Shown here: one piece after another, positions 37,955 through 47,558 of the stretch
Position numbering within the stretch: position 1 is the stretch's first letter
Layout: each line of letters opens with the position of its first letter
Source: an uncultured Spirochaetaceae bacterium
GTDB lineage: Bacteria; Spirochaetota; Spirochaetia; DSM-27196; CAZPXH01
Assembly (NCBI GenBank): GCA_964591085.1
Contig: CAZPXH010000006.1
Location: forward strand, 105,177-169,176
Direction of reading: 5' to 3'
Length of the DNA stretch: 64,000 nucleotides
The notes under the pieces: model-generated
The model's input: only the letters and a program-made list of their open reading frames with translations
What the model was told of the DNA's origin: nothing
Database searches by the model: none
Made by a program: the position numbers and the translations under genes

Positions 37955-39325
37955 GTGGTCTTCTCCAGCCCCGTCTTCCTCTTTCTGTTCCTCCCCCTGT
38001 TTCTGGGGATCTACTACCTCATCCCCTTCCGGGCCCGTTCGCTGTGGATCCTGGTTGGCAGCTACGTGTTCTATGGCTGGTGGCGCCCGGACTTTCTGCT
38101 GCTCATTGGAGCTTCCACCGTGTGGACCTGGCTCCTGGGGGCGCGAATCGGGCTTCTGCGGGAACAGGGGCTGGGAGCCCCGGCGGGGCGAATCGCGCTT
38201 GCAGTGGGGGTGGTGCTCAACCTCTTCGTCCTCGGCTTTTTCAAGTACTTCAACTTTGGCGTTGAGATCGTCAATGACCTGCGTGTGGCCCTTGGCCTTC
38301 AGCCGGTAACCCTCGCGCGAATCATCCTCCCAATCGGTATCAGCTTCTATGTGTTCCAGGCGGTGAGCTACCTGGTTGACGTCTATCGGGGCGATGCCAG
38401 GGCTGCTCGTTCCCTGCTGGACGTAGGAGCCTTCATCTCCCTGTTCCCCCAGCTGATTGCTGGGCCGATTCTGCGTTACCACCTGCTTGACGATCAGCTG
38501 CGCAGCCGGACCCACAGTTGGGACCGCTTTGCCAGCGGCGCAATGCGCTTTGCAATCGGATTTGCCCGCAAGGTCCTGATAGCTGATGCGGTTGCCCCAC
38601 TTGCCGACGCGGCGTTTGGCGCAACGGCTCCCGGCTTGCTCGGGGCCTGGACAGGTCTGCTTGCCTACAGCGTCCAGCTCTACTTTGACTTTACCGGCTA
38701 CTCGGACATGGCCATTGGCCTTGGCCGAATGCTGGGCTTCCACTTCCCGGAGAACTTCCGCTTCCCCTATATCTCCCGGTCAATCACCGAGTTCTGGCGC
38801 CGCTGGCACATCAGTCTCTCCAGTTGGCTCCGTGAATACCTCTACATTCCGCTGGGCGGAAACCGGCTGGGCGCGGGCCGGACCTACGTCAACCTGATGA
38901 CGGTAATGATCCTCGGCGGGCTGTGGCATGGAGCAAGCTGGAACTTTGTACTGTGGGGCAGCCTTCACGGGATTGCCCTGGCCGCCGAGCGTGCGCTTGG
39001 CAGGCGGGTTCCCGGCCGCATCGTCACGCTGGCGATTGTTCTCCTGGGCTGGGTCTTCTTCCGCGCGGAGACCCTGCCCGCAGCGGGGCAGATGCTCGGA
39101 AGCCTTCTTGGCACGGACGGCGCCGGATTGATCGGCCCCTCGCTTGACTGGCAGCTCAGCCGCTCCGCAATGCTGAGCCTGGGACTGGGCCTGCTGCTGA
39201 TTCCCTGGGAACCTCGGCTGTCGCGGCTGAAGTCCCTGCGCTGGATTGCGCCACTTCTTCTGATTCTGGCGGCGGGGCGGATGGTGGCGGCGGAGTTTTC
39301 GCCCTTCCTCTACTTCCAGTTCTGA
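37955..39325 (+). CDS. MBOAT-family membrane-bound O-acyltransferase (AlgI/PatA/DltB-like)
   Basis: Conserved MBOAT motifs including the invariant His region (LWHGASWNFVLWG) and FWRRWHISLSSWL. Polytopic. Confidence 0.85.
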   Translation: MVFSSPVFLFLFLPLFLGIYYLIPFRARSLWILVGSYVFYGWWRPDFLLLIGASTVWTWLLGARIGLLREQGLGAPAGRIALAVGVVLNLFVLGFFKYFNFGVEIVNDLRVALGLQPVTLARIILPIGISFYVFQAVSYLVDVYRGDARAARSLLDVGAFISLFPQLIAGPILRYHLLDDQLRSRTHSWDRFASGAMRFAIGFARKVLIADAVAPLADAAFGATAPGLLGAWTGLLAYSVQLYFDFTGYSDMAIGLGRMLGFHFPENFRFPYISRSITEFWRRWHISLSSWLREYLYIPLGGNRLGAGRTYVNLMTVMILGGLWHGASWNFVLWGSLHGIALAAERALGRRVPGRIVTLAIVLLGWVFFRAETLPAAGQMLGSLLGTDGAGLIGPSLDWQLSRSAMLSLGLGLLLIPWEPRLSRLKSLRWIAPLLLILAAGRMVAAEFSPFLYFQF

Positions 39326-39332
39326 TGAATGC

Positions 39333-40439
39333 TTGGAGTGCACCATGAGTCCTGATCCCGGAACTCGATCATCCCGGCGCCGGAAGCCCTTGCCACGGAG
39401 CCTTTCCGGAATCGTCCTCATCCTTCTGACGCTTGCCGGCTTCATTGCTTCTGTGCCCGTTCTCCTCCGGCCAGGAGTGCCGCGGGACACAAGCTTTCTC
39501 CGGGGCGAGTGGACCGCCGGGTTTGAGGATCAGCTTGGGTCTCGCCTCGTTGGTCGGGAAGCACTGACCGCTGCGCGCGGGCTCCTTCGCTACCTCCTGC
39601 TGGGTGAGGGAGAACCGGGGGTTGAGGTGGGGGCAGGCGGGTGGCTGTTCTCCAGTGAAGAGTTTGCCAACGGTGCCGACTGGCAATTCAGCAGCGCTGA
39701 ACTGCTTCAAACCATGGCCAGCCTGGAGGCCTCGCTCCCGGCGGACGCCAGCCTGGTCATTGTTCCCCTGCCGGCCAAGTGGCGGGTGAGTCCGCCGGAA
39801 AGCCTGACTCCCAGGCTCCGGCGAATGATTGGCCGCGGGAGACAGGAGAGACTCGGCGAGCTCACCAACCTGCTCCGGACAAACGCCTTCGAACGGACCC
39901 TGGTAGTTGCGGTGGATGGTGCACTCAGTGAAGCAGGAAGCTTCTTTCGGAGAGACACGCACTGGACGCCGGGCGGTACCAACGCCGTGGCGCAGGCTAT
40001 CCGGGGCAGCCTGGAAGCCGGCGGCCTGCCCGCGGACTTTGGAGCGGAGGTCAACGCCAGCAGGAGCTCCTCCACTGAGCAGATAGATGGCGATCTCCTG
40101 TCCTTCCTCCCCTTCCCGGGCCTGCATGCTCGCCTGGGCCTTGGGCCCGAGCCTTACACTCCCCCGGAGGTCACGGTGGAGGCGCAGAGTCTGGGACTCT
40201 TTGACGATCCAAGCGTACCGGTCCTGCTGGTGGGAACCAGTTACAGTGCAGACCCCCGCTTTGGCTTTGACGCCGCGCTCAAACAAGCACTCGCTGGAGA
40301 CCTGGTGAATTTTGCACAGGAAGGCGGCGGACCTCTTGGACCAGTAGAGGCGATGATAGCAGCCGGCGGCCCGGAGCAGTGGCAGCCACAGCTGGCGATC
40401 TGGGAGATCCCGGAGCGCTACTGGGACCCGGGGCACTAA
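39333..40439 (+). CDS. AlgJ/AlgX/PatB-like O-acetyltransferase (DHHW/SGNH-like), periplasmic, membrane-anchored
   Basis: N-terminal TM anchor. Signature RRDTHWTPGG (DTHW motif of AlgJ/AlgX-type proteins). Located 8 nt after the MBOAT gene. Confidence 0.7.
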   Translation: MECTMSPDPGTRSSRRRKPLPRSLSGIVLILLTLAGFIASVPVLLRPGVPRDTSFLRGEWTAGFEDQLGSRLVGREALTAARGLLRYLLLGEGEPGVEVGAGGWLFSSEEFANGADWQFSSAELLQTMASLEASLPADASLVIVPLPAKWRVSPPESLTPRLRRMIGRGRQERLGELTNLLRTNAFERTLVVAVDGALSEAGSFFRRDTHWTPGGTNAVAQAIRGSLEAGGLPADFGAEVNASRSSSTEQIDGDLLSFLPFPGLHARLGLGPEPYTPPEVTVEAQSLGLFDDPSVPVLLVGTSYSADPRFGFDAALKQALAGDLVNFAQEGGGPLGPVEAMIAAGGPEQWQPQLAIWEIPERYWDPGH

Positions 40440-41809
40440 CCGACGGCAGCTACGGCCGCAGATTCACTCTGGCCGTCCCCAAGCCGCCTCAGGCGGATCA
40501 GAGCGGGAAGCGTCAGAAGCACAGCAAAGACCGCACCCGCGAGTTCGCCCGCCGGAAATGACAGCCATATGCCATCCAGCCCAAGGCGGGGCGGCAGCAC
40601 CAGGAGCAGCGGTACGATGAAGAAGCCCATGCGCGAAATACCGATGAGGAGGCTGCGTCCGGCCTTGCCCAGAGCCTGGTAGAACCCACCTGCAACAAGG
40701 TTGAAGATGATCAGCGGGGTCAGGACAAAGCTGAGCCTGAGCCCGCGGGTGGCCATTTCCAGGAAAGCGGGATCGTCATTGAAGACAGCGGCAATAGGCG
40801 CGGCAAACCGGATCACCAGAGCCGTGGCGATGTAGCAGATCACCAGCGCAAGAAGCAGTGCCTGCCAGACGGCCTGGACTGTCCGCTGGTACTTGCGCGC
40901 ACCGTAGTTGAACGCGGCCACCGGCAGGAAGGCCTGATTCACCCCAAAGGCGGGCAATACAACCAGGCTCACCACCCGGAACACGACTGAGGCCACTGCC
41001 ACACCAAGATCCCCGGACACCCGGCCTGCCTGCAAGTTGACCACAACGCCCAGGAGGACAACGGTGAGCGTCCGCACCGACGCAGAGATTCCCACACGCA
41101 GGATCTCCCGCATGTCGGGCAGACACCAGCAGAGGCGCAGTTGCAGCTGGCTCCGCTTGCCGGCAAACCAGGACAAGAGAAACAGCGTCGCAAGCCCCTG
41201 GGAGATGACTGTTGCCAGCGCGGCACCCTGAACGCCCCAGCCCAGACCGCCGATGAACCAAAGATCCAGCAGGATGTTGGTGATGCTGCTCAGGGTAAGG
41301 GCGGTGAAGCCGATGTGGCCGGCTCCCTCCGAGTAGACCAGGTTGTTCAGTGCCTGATTGGCAACCACCAGCCCGCTGCCGGCCACCACAACCAGGAAGT
41401 AGGCTCGAGCGAGCGGCAGCAAGTCCGCGGAAGCTCCGAGAACACGCAGGATGGGCTCTGCAAAGAGCAGACCGGCGAGGGTCACAAGCAGGCCGCTGCC
41501 GATCAGCAGTACCAGCGCGGAGCCAAAGGCCCGATCAGCACCTTCCGCATCCGCCGCGCCAAGGCGCCGGGAGATGAGGGCGCCGGCACCAACACCAACA
41601 AGAATCCCCACCGAGATGAGGAAGATGTTGAGCGGGAAGTTCAACCCAACGGCCGCAAGGCCATCCGTACCTACAAAGCGGCCGACAAAGATAGAGTCAG
41701 CAACGTTGTAGGTGGCATTGACCAGGAGGCTCGCGATTGCAGGAAGCGCCAGGCGTCCGAGAAGTCGAGCTATAGGGTCAGTTCCCAGGGAAGCCGAGCG
41801 CGAGTTCAC
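40436..41809 (-). CDS. MATE-family efflux transporter
   Basis: 12-TM protein with the MATE N-terminal consensus (LALPAIASLLVNATYNVADSIFVGR). Confidence 0.85.
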   Translation of the reverse strand: MNSRSASLGTDPIARLLGRLALPAIASLLVNATYNVADSIFVGRFVGTDGLAAVGLNFPLNIFLISVGILVGVGAGALISRRLGAADAEGADRAFGSALVLLIGSGLLVTLAGLLFAEPILRVLGASADLLPLARAYFLVVVAGSGLVVANQALNNLVYSEGAGHIGFTALTLSSITNILLDLWFIGGLGWGVQGAALATVISQGLATLFLLSWFAGKRSQLQLRLCWCLPDMREILRVGISASVRTLTVVLLGVVVNLQAGRVSGDLGVAVASVVFRVVSLVVLPAFGVNQAFLPVAAFNYGARKYQRTVQAVWQALLLALVICYIATALVIRFAAPIAAVFNDDPAFLEMATRGLRLSFVLTPLIIFNLVAGGFYQALGKAGRSLLIGISRMGFFIVPLLLVLPPRLGLDGIWLSFPAGELAGAVFAVLLTLPALIRLRRLGDGQSESAAVAAVG

Positions 41810-43371
41810 TGAGCGGAAGATAGCTCCTCGTCCAGATCAAAGACAATTCTTCCATCCACAATCGTCAGCTGGACGGTGACGTCTTTCAGCGTGCTTTGCG
41901 GCACGCCCCGCGGATCATCCGAGAGCACACAGAGATCCGCGAGCATGCCCGGCGCAATCATTCCCTTCTCGTCTTCCCGGAACTCCGCATACGCACTTCC
42001 CCGTGTGTAGCATGAAAGCGCTTCTTCCACCGTGATTCCTTCCTCCCCGGGATGATTGACCGCGTTGTGAATGCCGGTCATTGGTGCGTAGCTGGCCTCC
42101 CCGGGAATGTCACTGCCGAATGCCAGCGGCACTCCCGCATCCAGCAGGCTCCGGTACGGATAGCTCCTCAGTGCGCGCGCTTCTCCCAGGATTCTCACGT
42201 CCTTCTGCAAGCTGTACATGGCGTGGGGCTGCGCGCTCACCACCATCCCAAGCCCGGCAATCCGCGGGATGTCATCCGGCATGACCAGTTGCGCATGCTC
42301 GATTCGGTTCCGTCGCTGCCGGATTCCCGGCCGCTCCTGCAGCAGCCAGCTCTGCGCCTCCAGGTACTCATGGGTGGCCTGATCACCAATGGAGTGGCAG
42401 GCAACCTGGCGGCCGAGCCAGGCTTCCCGCCGCAAGAACCGATGTATCGCTTCTCTCGAAAGGCCCTTACCGCGCCCGGGGTCTGCCGCGTAATCCTCAC
42501 TGAGGTAGGCCGTTCGGCTGGAGTAGGTGCCGTCCAGGAAGTACTTCACCGGGCCTCGGGCAAACCAGTCTGGATTGTAGCGCTGAAGCGCGGTCGCCCA
42601 GCGGGTAACGGGAATGGGACCCCCTTCCCAGCATTGGACTCGAACGTCTAGCTCATCGCTGGTGTGCAGCCTGCGGAAGGCTCGCACGCTGGAACCGAAC
42701 CAGGTGTTGTCCTGGACGCTGGTGATTCCGGTGCGGTTGAAGGCCTTGATCGCCTCTCTGATGAAGTCCATCTGTCGCGGCACCGAACGCAAGGCGTCAC
42801 GAAAGATCACGCCAAGCGACTTCTCAGCTGGCAGCTCCCGAAGGATTCCGGTGAGCCGACCGCTTGCATCCCGCATGAGCTCACCAATCGGGGGATCCGG
42901 ACTCTTCTCCGTGATTCCCAGAAGCTCAAGACCCCGGGAGTTCACCCACAGCGAGTGCCCGCCGAACTGTGAAAGCACCACTGGAACGTCCGGGAACGCC
43001 GCATCCAGGGCATCCCGGGACGGATCCGGAACCCACTCGTAGTCCCAACCGCCGGCAGAAAGCACCCGGTGTTCTCCGGACGCAGCGTGCCCGCGAAGCA
43101 TATCGATGATCTGGTCCTGGTTCAGGCCGTAGAGCCGTGGCTGGCTGCGGATGACTCCAAAGAACAGGGTGTGCACGTGGTCATCGTTGAAGCCGGGGAT
43201 CATGCAGGTCTTGCCAAGGTTGATTCGCTCGACGGATTGCGTGGAGGAGGCTTCAACGCTGCGGAGGCTGCCGACCGCGTGAATCCTCCGCCCCCGCACG
43301 AGGATTGCCTCAACGGTCGGACGGCGCGGATCCATGGTGAGGATAGTTCCACCGTGAAAAAGCAGGTCCAT
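41806..43371 (-). CDS. Amidohydrolase-family metal-dependent hydrolase (Amidohydro_3-like)
   Basis: N-terminal metal-binding HxH (NDDHVH), the conserved downstream His and Asp, 521 aa. ATGA overlap with the MATE gene. Confidence 0.8.
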   Translation of the reverse strand: MDLLFHGGTILTMDPRRPTVEAILVRGRRIHAVGSLRSVEASSTQSVERINLGKTCMIPGFNDDHVHTLFFGVIRSQPRLYGLNQDQIIDMLRGHAASGEHRVLSAGGWDYEWVPDPSRDALDAAFPDVPVVLSQFGGHSLWVNSRGLELLGITEKSPDPPIGELMRDASGRLTGILRELPAEKSLGVIFRDALRSVPRQMDFIREAIKAFNRTGITSVQDNTWFGSSVRAFRRLHTSDELDVRVQCWEGGPIPVTRWATALQRYNPDWFARGPVKYFLDGTYSSRTAYLSEDYAADPGRGKGLSREAIHRFLRREAWLGRQVACHSIGDQATHEYLEAQSWLLQERPGIRQRRNRIEHAQLVMPDDIPRIAGLGMVVSAQPHAMYSLQKDVRILGEARALRSYPYRSLLDAGVPLAFGSDIPGEASYAPMTGIHNAVNHPGEEGITVEEALSCYTRGSAYAEFREDEKGMIAPGMLADLCVLSDDPRGVPQSTLKDVTVQLTIVDGRIVFDLDEELSSAQ

Positions 43372-43417
43372 GGACGCTCTACTCTGCGGAATCGGGCGCG
43401 GCCTGAACAGAGCTCAT

Positions 43418-44761
43418 TCAGCTGATGTCCAGAATCAGGACCTGGTCCGTCACCGCAACTGTGCCGCCGGAAACGGGAGACCCGGACGCGTCACCATAAG
43501 GTTCGCGGAGAGTCCACCGCGTGGGATCTGCCGCGGCTTCCCAGCCCGGATAGAGCTCCGCCACCTCCACGGTTCCCGCCCCGGAGACGGGGAACAGACC
43601 GAGGAGCACGCGCGTGGGATGCTCAGACCCGACATCCCGAGCCTCCCAGCTGCAGACCAGCACTCCGCCCCTCGGGTCGTGGAGATGAAAATAACCTTCC
43701 CGCAGGATTGAATCTTTGCGGAGCGAGATCAGGCCCGCCATCCAGCTCTCCATTGCGGGATCGGCTCCCCACTGAACGGGGTCCCGGTCAAAGAGGGATG
43801 GCTGTGCGGCTGAACCCTGCTCCTGACCCGCGTACACCAGTGCACCGCCATCCTGAAACAGGGAGAACGCAGTCCACGCCCGCAAGCGCACGGGATCCGG
43901 GATCACCGCCGCAGCGCGAGGCTGATCGTGGTTTTCCACAAAGCGGAGCTTGTACTGTCCTTCAGCAAACGTTGCCTGCTGCATCCGCAGGCGCTCGGTG
44001 AACGCGGGAAGCGCATCCGGGGCGGAGGCGTGATCGCCAAGGGCTACCAGTTCCCGCCACTGTTCCCAGACGTCGTACTGGTAGGAAAAATCAAAGACGC
44101 TGAGGATCTCGGCGTCCGAGTGGCACTGAAAGCCGCGGCGGCGGAGTTCATTCACAAACTCAGGGTGAACGGTCTCCGCAAGCCAGACCGTGTCCGGGTT
44201 GACCGCGGCGCAGGCCGCGCGGGCCTGCTGCCAGAACTCCACCGGCACCAGGGACGCCACATCGCAGCGGAAGCCGTCCACACCGCGGCGGACCCAGTCA
44301 ACCAGGCTTTCCACCAGGTAGTCCGCAAGGCCGGGCCGGCTGTGGTCCAGATCAACCACATCGCTCCAGTCCGGTACCCGGTTCACCGGCTTGCCGTCTT
44401 CGCCGCGGTAGAACCACTCAGGATGCTCAGTGGCAAGGACGGAGTCCGGAGAGGTGTGGTTGAAGACCACGTCAATCATCACTCGCACGTTCTGCTTGTG
44501 TGCGGCTGCGATCAGCGCATCAAAGTCGGCATCGGTACCAAATTCCGGGTTCACGGCGCGGTAGTCCGAGATCGCGTAGGGTGATCCCAGGCTTCCCTTG
44601 CGCGCTACCGCTCCCACCGGATGAACGGGCATCAGCCACACGGCGTCCACGCCCAGCCCGGATATGCGATCAAGGTCCGCGGTCACCTCGGCAAAGGTTC
44701 CGGCCTTGCCGTGGTTGCGGACAAAGACGGAGTAGATGGTAAAGGGCCAGTTTCTGCTCAT
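43418..44761 (-). CDS. GH13 alpha-amylase-family enzyme, cytoplasmic
   Basis: GH13 regions I-IV recognisable (DVVFNHTS; GFRCDVAS; EFVNELRRRG; FVENHD). No signal peptide. Confidence 0.85.
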   Translation of the reverse strand: MSRNWPFTIYSVFVRNHGKAGTFAEVTADLDRISGLGVDAVWLMPVHPVGAVARKGSLGSPYAISDYRAVNPEFGTDADFDALIAAAHKQNVRVMIDVVFNHTSPDSVLATEHPEWFYRGEDGKPVNRVPDWSDVVDLDHSRPGLADYLVESLVDWVRRGVDGFRCDVASLVPVEFWQQARAACAAVNPDTVWLAETVHPEFVNELRRRGFQCHSDAEILSVFDFSYQYDVWEQWRELVALGDHASAPDALPAFTERLRMQQATFAEGQYKLRFVENHDQPRAAAVIPDPVRLRAWTAFSLFQDGGALVYAGQEQGSAAQPSLFDRDPVQWGADPAMESWMAGLISLRKDSILREGYFHLHDPRGGVLVCSWEARDVGSEHPTRVLLGLFPVSGAGTVEVAELYPGWEAAADPTRWTLREPYGDASGSPVSGGTVAVTDQVLILDIS

Positions 44762-46290
44762 TTCTGCTCCTGCCCGGATTCGGGGCGGGCAACCCTGTCA
44801 TAGATGTCGCTGATGTCCCTCAGCTTTTGCAGCACCGTGTCCCCGGGCCAGGCCGGCATTCGCCAGGTCCAGTTGTGGGGACCAACGGTCCCCGGAAGGT
44901 TGAAGCGCGCCTCGGACCCAAGGCCCAGGAGATCCTGCATCGGCACAACGGAGAGATCGCACACGGATGCGTGGGCGGTCCGGATGAAGTCCCAGTGGAC
45001 ATCGCTGCCGTCCGTGTTCATGTAGCGCTGCACCATCCGTTGGTCGCCCGGGCTCGCTGCCGCATACCAGCCGGATACCGTGTCATTGTCGTGAGTCCCG
45101 GTGTAGACCACGCTGTTGTTCTGCCAGAAATGCGGCAGATCGTTGCCGCTGTCTTCGGAGTCAAAAGAGAACTGCAGCACCTTCATCCCGGGAACCCCGG
45201 TCTCCCGGATCAATTCGATCACGTCCGGGGTGATCACACCCAGGTCCTCCGCGATGATCCGGGCTTCAGGAACGGCCCGAGCCACCGTGGAAAACAGTCG
45301 GTGCCCGGGTGCGGGCTTCCACTGCCCGTCAACGGCGGTTTCTGCATCCGCAGGGATGGACCAGTAGCCCGCAAAGCCACGGAAGTGGTCAATCCGCAGC
45401 AGATCACAGGTGGCCATACGCCCGCGGATCACGTCCACCCACCAGGTAAAGTCATCGGAGTCCATGCGATCCCAGTCGTACAGCGGATTGCCCCAGAGCT
45501 GACCGGTTGTGCTGAAGTAGTCCGGCGGGACGCCGGCAACCGCACGGGGCTTGCGCTCGCGGTCCAGCTGGAACAGATCCGGACGGGCCCAGCAGTCAGC
45601 GGAGTCAAGCGCAACAAAGATCGGGAGATCCCCGATGATCCCGATGCCAAGCGCAGCCGCCTCCTCCCGGAGTGCGTCCCATTGGCGTCTGACCAGGAAT
45701 TGGAGAAACACCGAGTAGGAAATGCGCTCGGCCTGTTCCTTCCGGAGGCGCTGCATGCTCGCTGGACTCCGGAGGCGCAGGTCTTCCTGCCACTCTGTCC
45801 ACGGCCGGAGATCCTGGCTGTCCTTTGCCGCCATGAACTCCGCAAAGTCTCCCAGCCATTGCTCTTCCTGCGTGCGGAATTCCTCAAGCTCCCGCCGCAG
45901 TTCCGCCGGACCCTTCCCAGCCTGGAACCCAGTCCAGGCTTCCTGGAGGAAGCGGTCACGGATTGGTAATACCGCGCCAAAATCAACGTGTCCGCTTGGA
46001 AGTCCGGCAAGAGCCTGGTCCAGCGCTTCAGCGGACGGCAGCAATCCGATATCCACCAAGCCTCTGAGGTCAATGAGATTGGGATTCATCGCCCGCTGGC
46101 TCAGCCCCTGGTAGGGCGAGTCCGCGTAGCCGGTGGGTACAAGCGGACACATCTGCCACCATTGCTGGCCAGCGTCGGACAGCAGGGACAGGAACTCACT
46201 GGCCGGGGCTCCGAGTGTCCCGATTCCGGCAGGTCCGGGCAACGCGGTGGGATGCAGCAGGATGCCGGCGGAGCGGGGGATTCGCTTCAT
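44758..46290 (-). CDS. malQ: 4-alpha-glucanotransferase (amylomaltase, GH77)
   Basis: GILLHPTALPGP start and GH77 catalytic-region motifs. About 510 aa. 4-nt overlap with the amylase gene. Confidence 0.9.
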   Translation of the reverse strand: MKRIPRSAGILLHPTALPGPAGIGTLGAPASEFLSLLSDAGQQWWQMCPLVPTGYADSPYQGLSQRAMNPNLIDLRGLVDIGLLPSAEALDQALAGLPSGHVDFGAVLPIRDRFLQEAWTGFQAGKGPAELRRELEEFRTQEEQWLGDFAEFMAAKDSQDLRPWTEWQEDLRLRSPASMQRLRKEQAERISYSVFLQFLVRRQWDALREEAAALGIGIIGDLPIFVALDSADCWARPDLFQLDRERKPRAVAGVPPDYFSTTGQLWGNPLYDWDRMDSDDFTWWVDVIRGRMATCDLLRIDHFRGFAGYWSIPADAETAVDGQWKPAPGHRLFSTVARAVPEARIIAEDLGVITPDVIELIRETGVPGMKVLQFSFDSEDSGNDLPHFWQNNSVVYTGTHDNDTVSGWYAAASPGDQRMVQRYMNTDGSDVHWDFIRTAHASVCDLSVVPMQDLLGLGSEARFNLPGTVGPHNWTWRMPAWPGDTVLQKLRDISDIYDRVARPESGQEQK

Positions 46291-47558
46291 CAGAGCTCCG
46301 CGAGCTCGCCGGCAAACTCACCGGCTTCCATGATGGTAACCCGCCCACCGTCTGCGTGCTCCCCGGTCACACGGAGCTCTGAGCTTCCCAGCACAAAGTC
46401 AATGTGAGTCATGCTCACGTTTGCGCCAGCCTCCAGCAGCGCCGTCTCATCCATTTCCGGGCCACCGTCAATGGTACGGGGATAGGCACGGCCAAAGGCG
46501 ATGTGCGCGCCGGCATTCTCATCGTAGAGGACCACGCCAAAGTTGTGCCGGATCTGTGCAAGTGGCGAGCTCTCGGCCACCAGCGCCACCTCGCCCAGGT
46601 GTCGCGCGCGCTGGTCAACGTCAAGCCAGCCCTGAAATACCGCGTTGTTACGGTCTGCGGATGCATCAATGATCCGGCCGTCCTTCATCTCCAGCTGGAG
46701 GTTGCCAACATCCATTCCGCGGTAGACCAGGGGCCTGCTGGAGCGGATCACTCCATCTGCAACACGCCAATCCGGCGCCGTGTAGATCTCCTCGGTGGGC
46801 AGATTCACAATCCCGGTGACTCCGTTGGCCGCTGTTGCGCGCGCGGTCTCCCAGATATGACCGGGAGCAAGGCCAATCCGGCAGTCAATTCCGGGCCCTT
46901 CGTAGTGAAGGCGCGCAAAGCGCTTGTCGGTCATCCACTCTGCACGGCGGGCCAGGGAGCTCACGTGCTCTTTCCAGACGGAAACCGGATCCGGTTGATC
47001 CAGGCGCATGATGCTGCCGATCTCCATAGCCAGCAGCTTCTGCGCGCCCTGCACATCCTCATCGGGGAAGACAGCGGAGGCCCAGCCAGCGGTGGGCCAG
47101 GCAACACCGCACCAGTTGATCTTGTGGCCAATACCAAGCTCTGAGTAGCGCCGGGCTGCGTTCCGCAGAGCGCGGTCCACCCGAGCCTTGGCGTCACCGT
47201 CAACGCCCTCCAGCGCACGTGGATCGTCTCCCTGAATCACCAGGCGAGCCCCTCCGCGCTCCATGATCCCGGTCATGCCGTCCACCTGGTACGCGTCCAG
47301 GTAGTCCAGGTTTTCGCGGAGCGAATGGTCCAGCCGGGCGCGCTCGGACCAGGCGTCACGCCACTGCAGATCCACGTATCGTGCTCCGCGCCGGTAGGCT
47401 TCGGCCACTACCGCGCGCACAAAGAGAGCAGCCTCAAGCGGTGCGGACACAGAGAGGTCCTGTCCTGCCTGCAGGTTCACCCCAACTTCCAGCACCATCT
47501 CTGCGTATAGCCGGTCCCATTCTGCAGAAAGGGGCTCCACAGACTGCTGTTCTGGCAT
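46290..47558 (-). CDS. M29-family aminopeptidase (AmpS/PepS-like)
   Basis: Full-length similarity pattern of thermophilic aminopeptidase T/AmpS (EEIYTAPDW, HIAFG, GANVSMTHIDF). Confidence 0.85.
   Translation of the reverse strand: MPEQQSVEPLSAEWDRLYAEMVLEVGVNLQAGQDLSVSAPLEAALFVRAVVAEAYRRGARYVDLQWRDAWSERARLDHSLRENLDYLDAYQVDGMTGIMERGGARLVIQGDDPRALEGVDGDAKARVDRALRNAARRYSELGIGHKINWCGVAWPTAGWASAVFPDEDVQGAQKLLAMEIGSIMRLDQPDPVSVWKEHVSSLARRAEWMTDKRFARLHYEGPGIDCRIGLAPGHIWETARATAANGVTGIVNLPTEEIYTAPDWRVADGVIRSSRPLVYRGMDVGNLQLEMKDGRIIDASADRNNAVFQGWLDVDQRARHLGEVALVAESSPLAQIRHNFGVVLYDENAGAHIAFGRAYPRTIDGGPEMDETALLEAGANVSMTHIDFVLGSSELRVTGEHADGGRVTIMEAGEFAGELAEL

Noticed and set aside
37718-38743. 341-aa minus-strand ORF antisense to the MBOAT gene
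   Set aside because: Junk-like Gln/Gly/Glu-rich translation. The sense strand has the MBOAT His motif.
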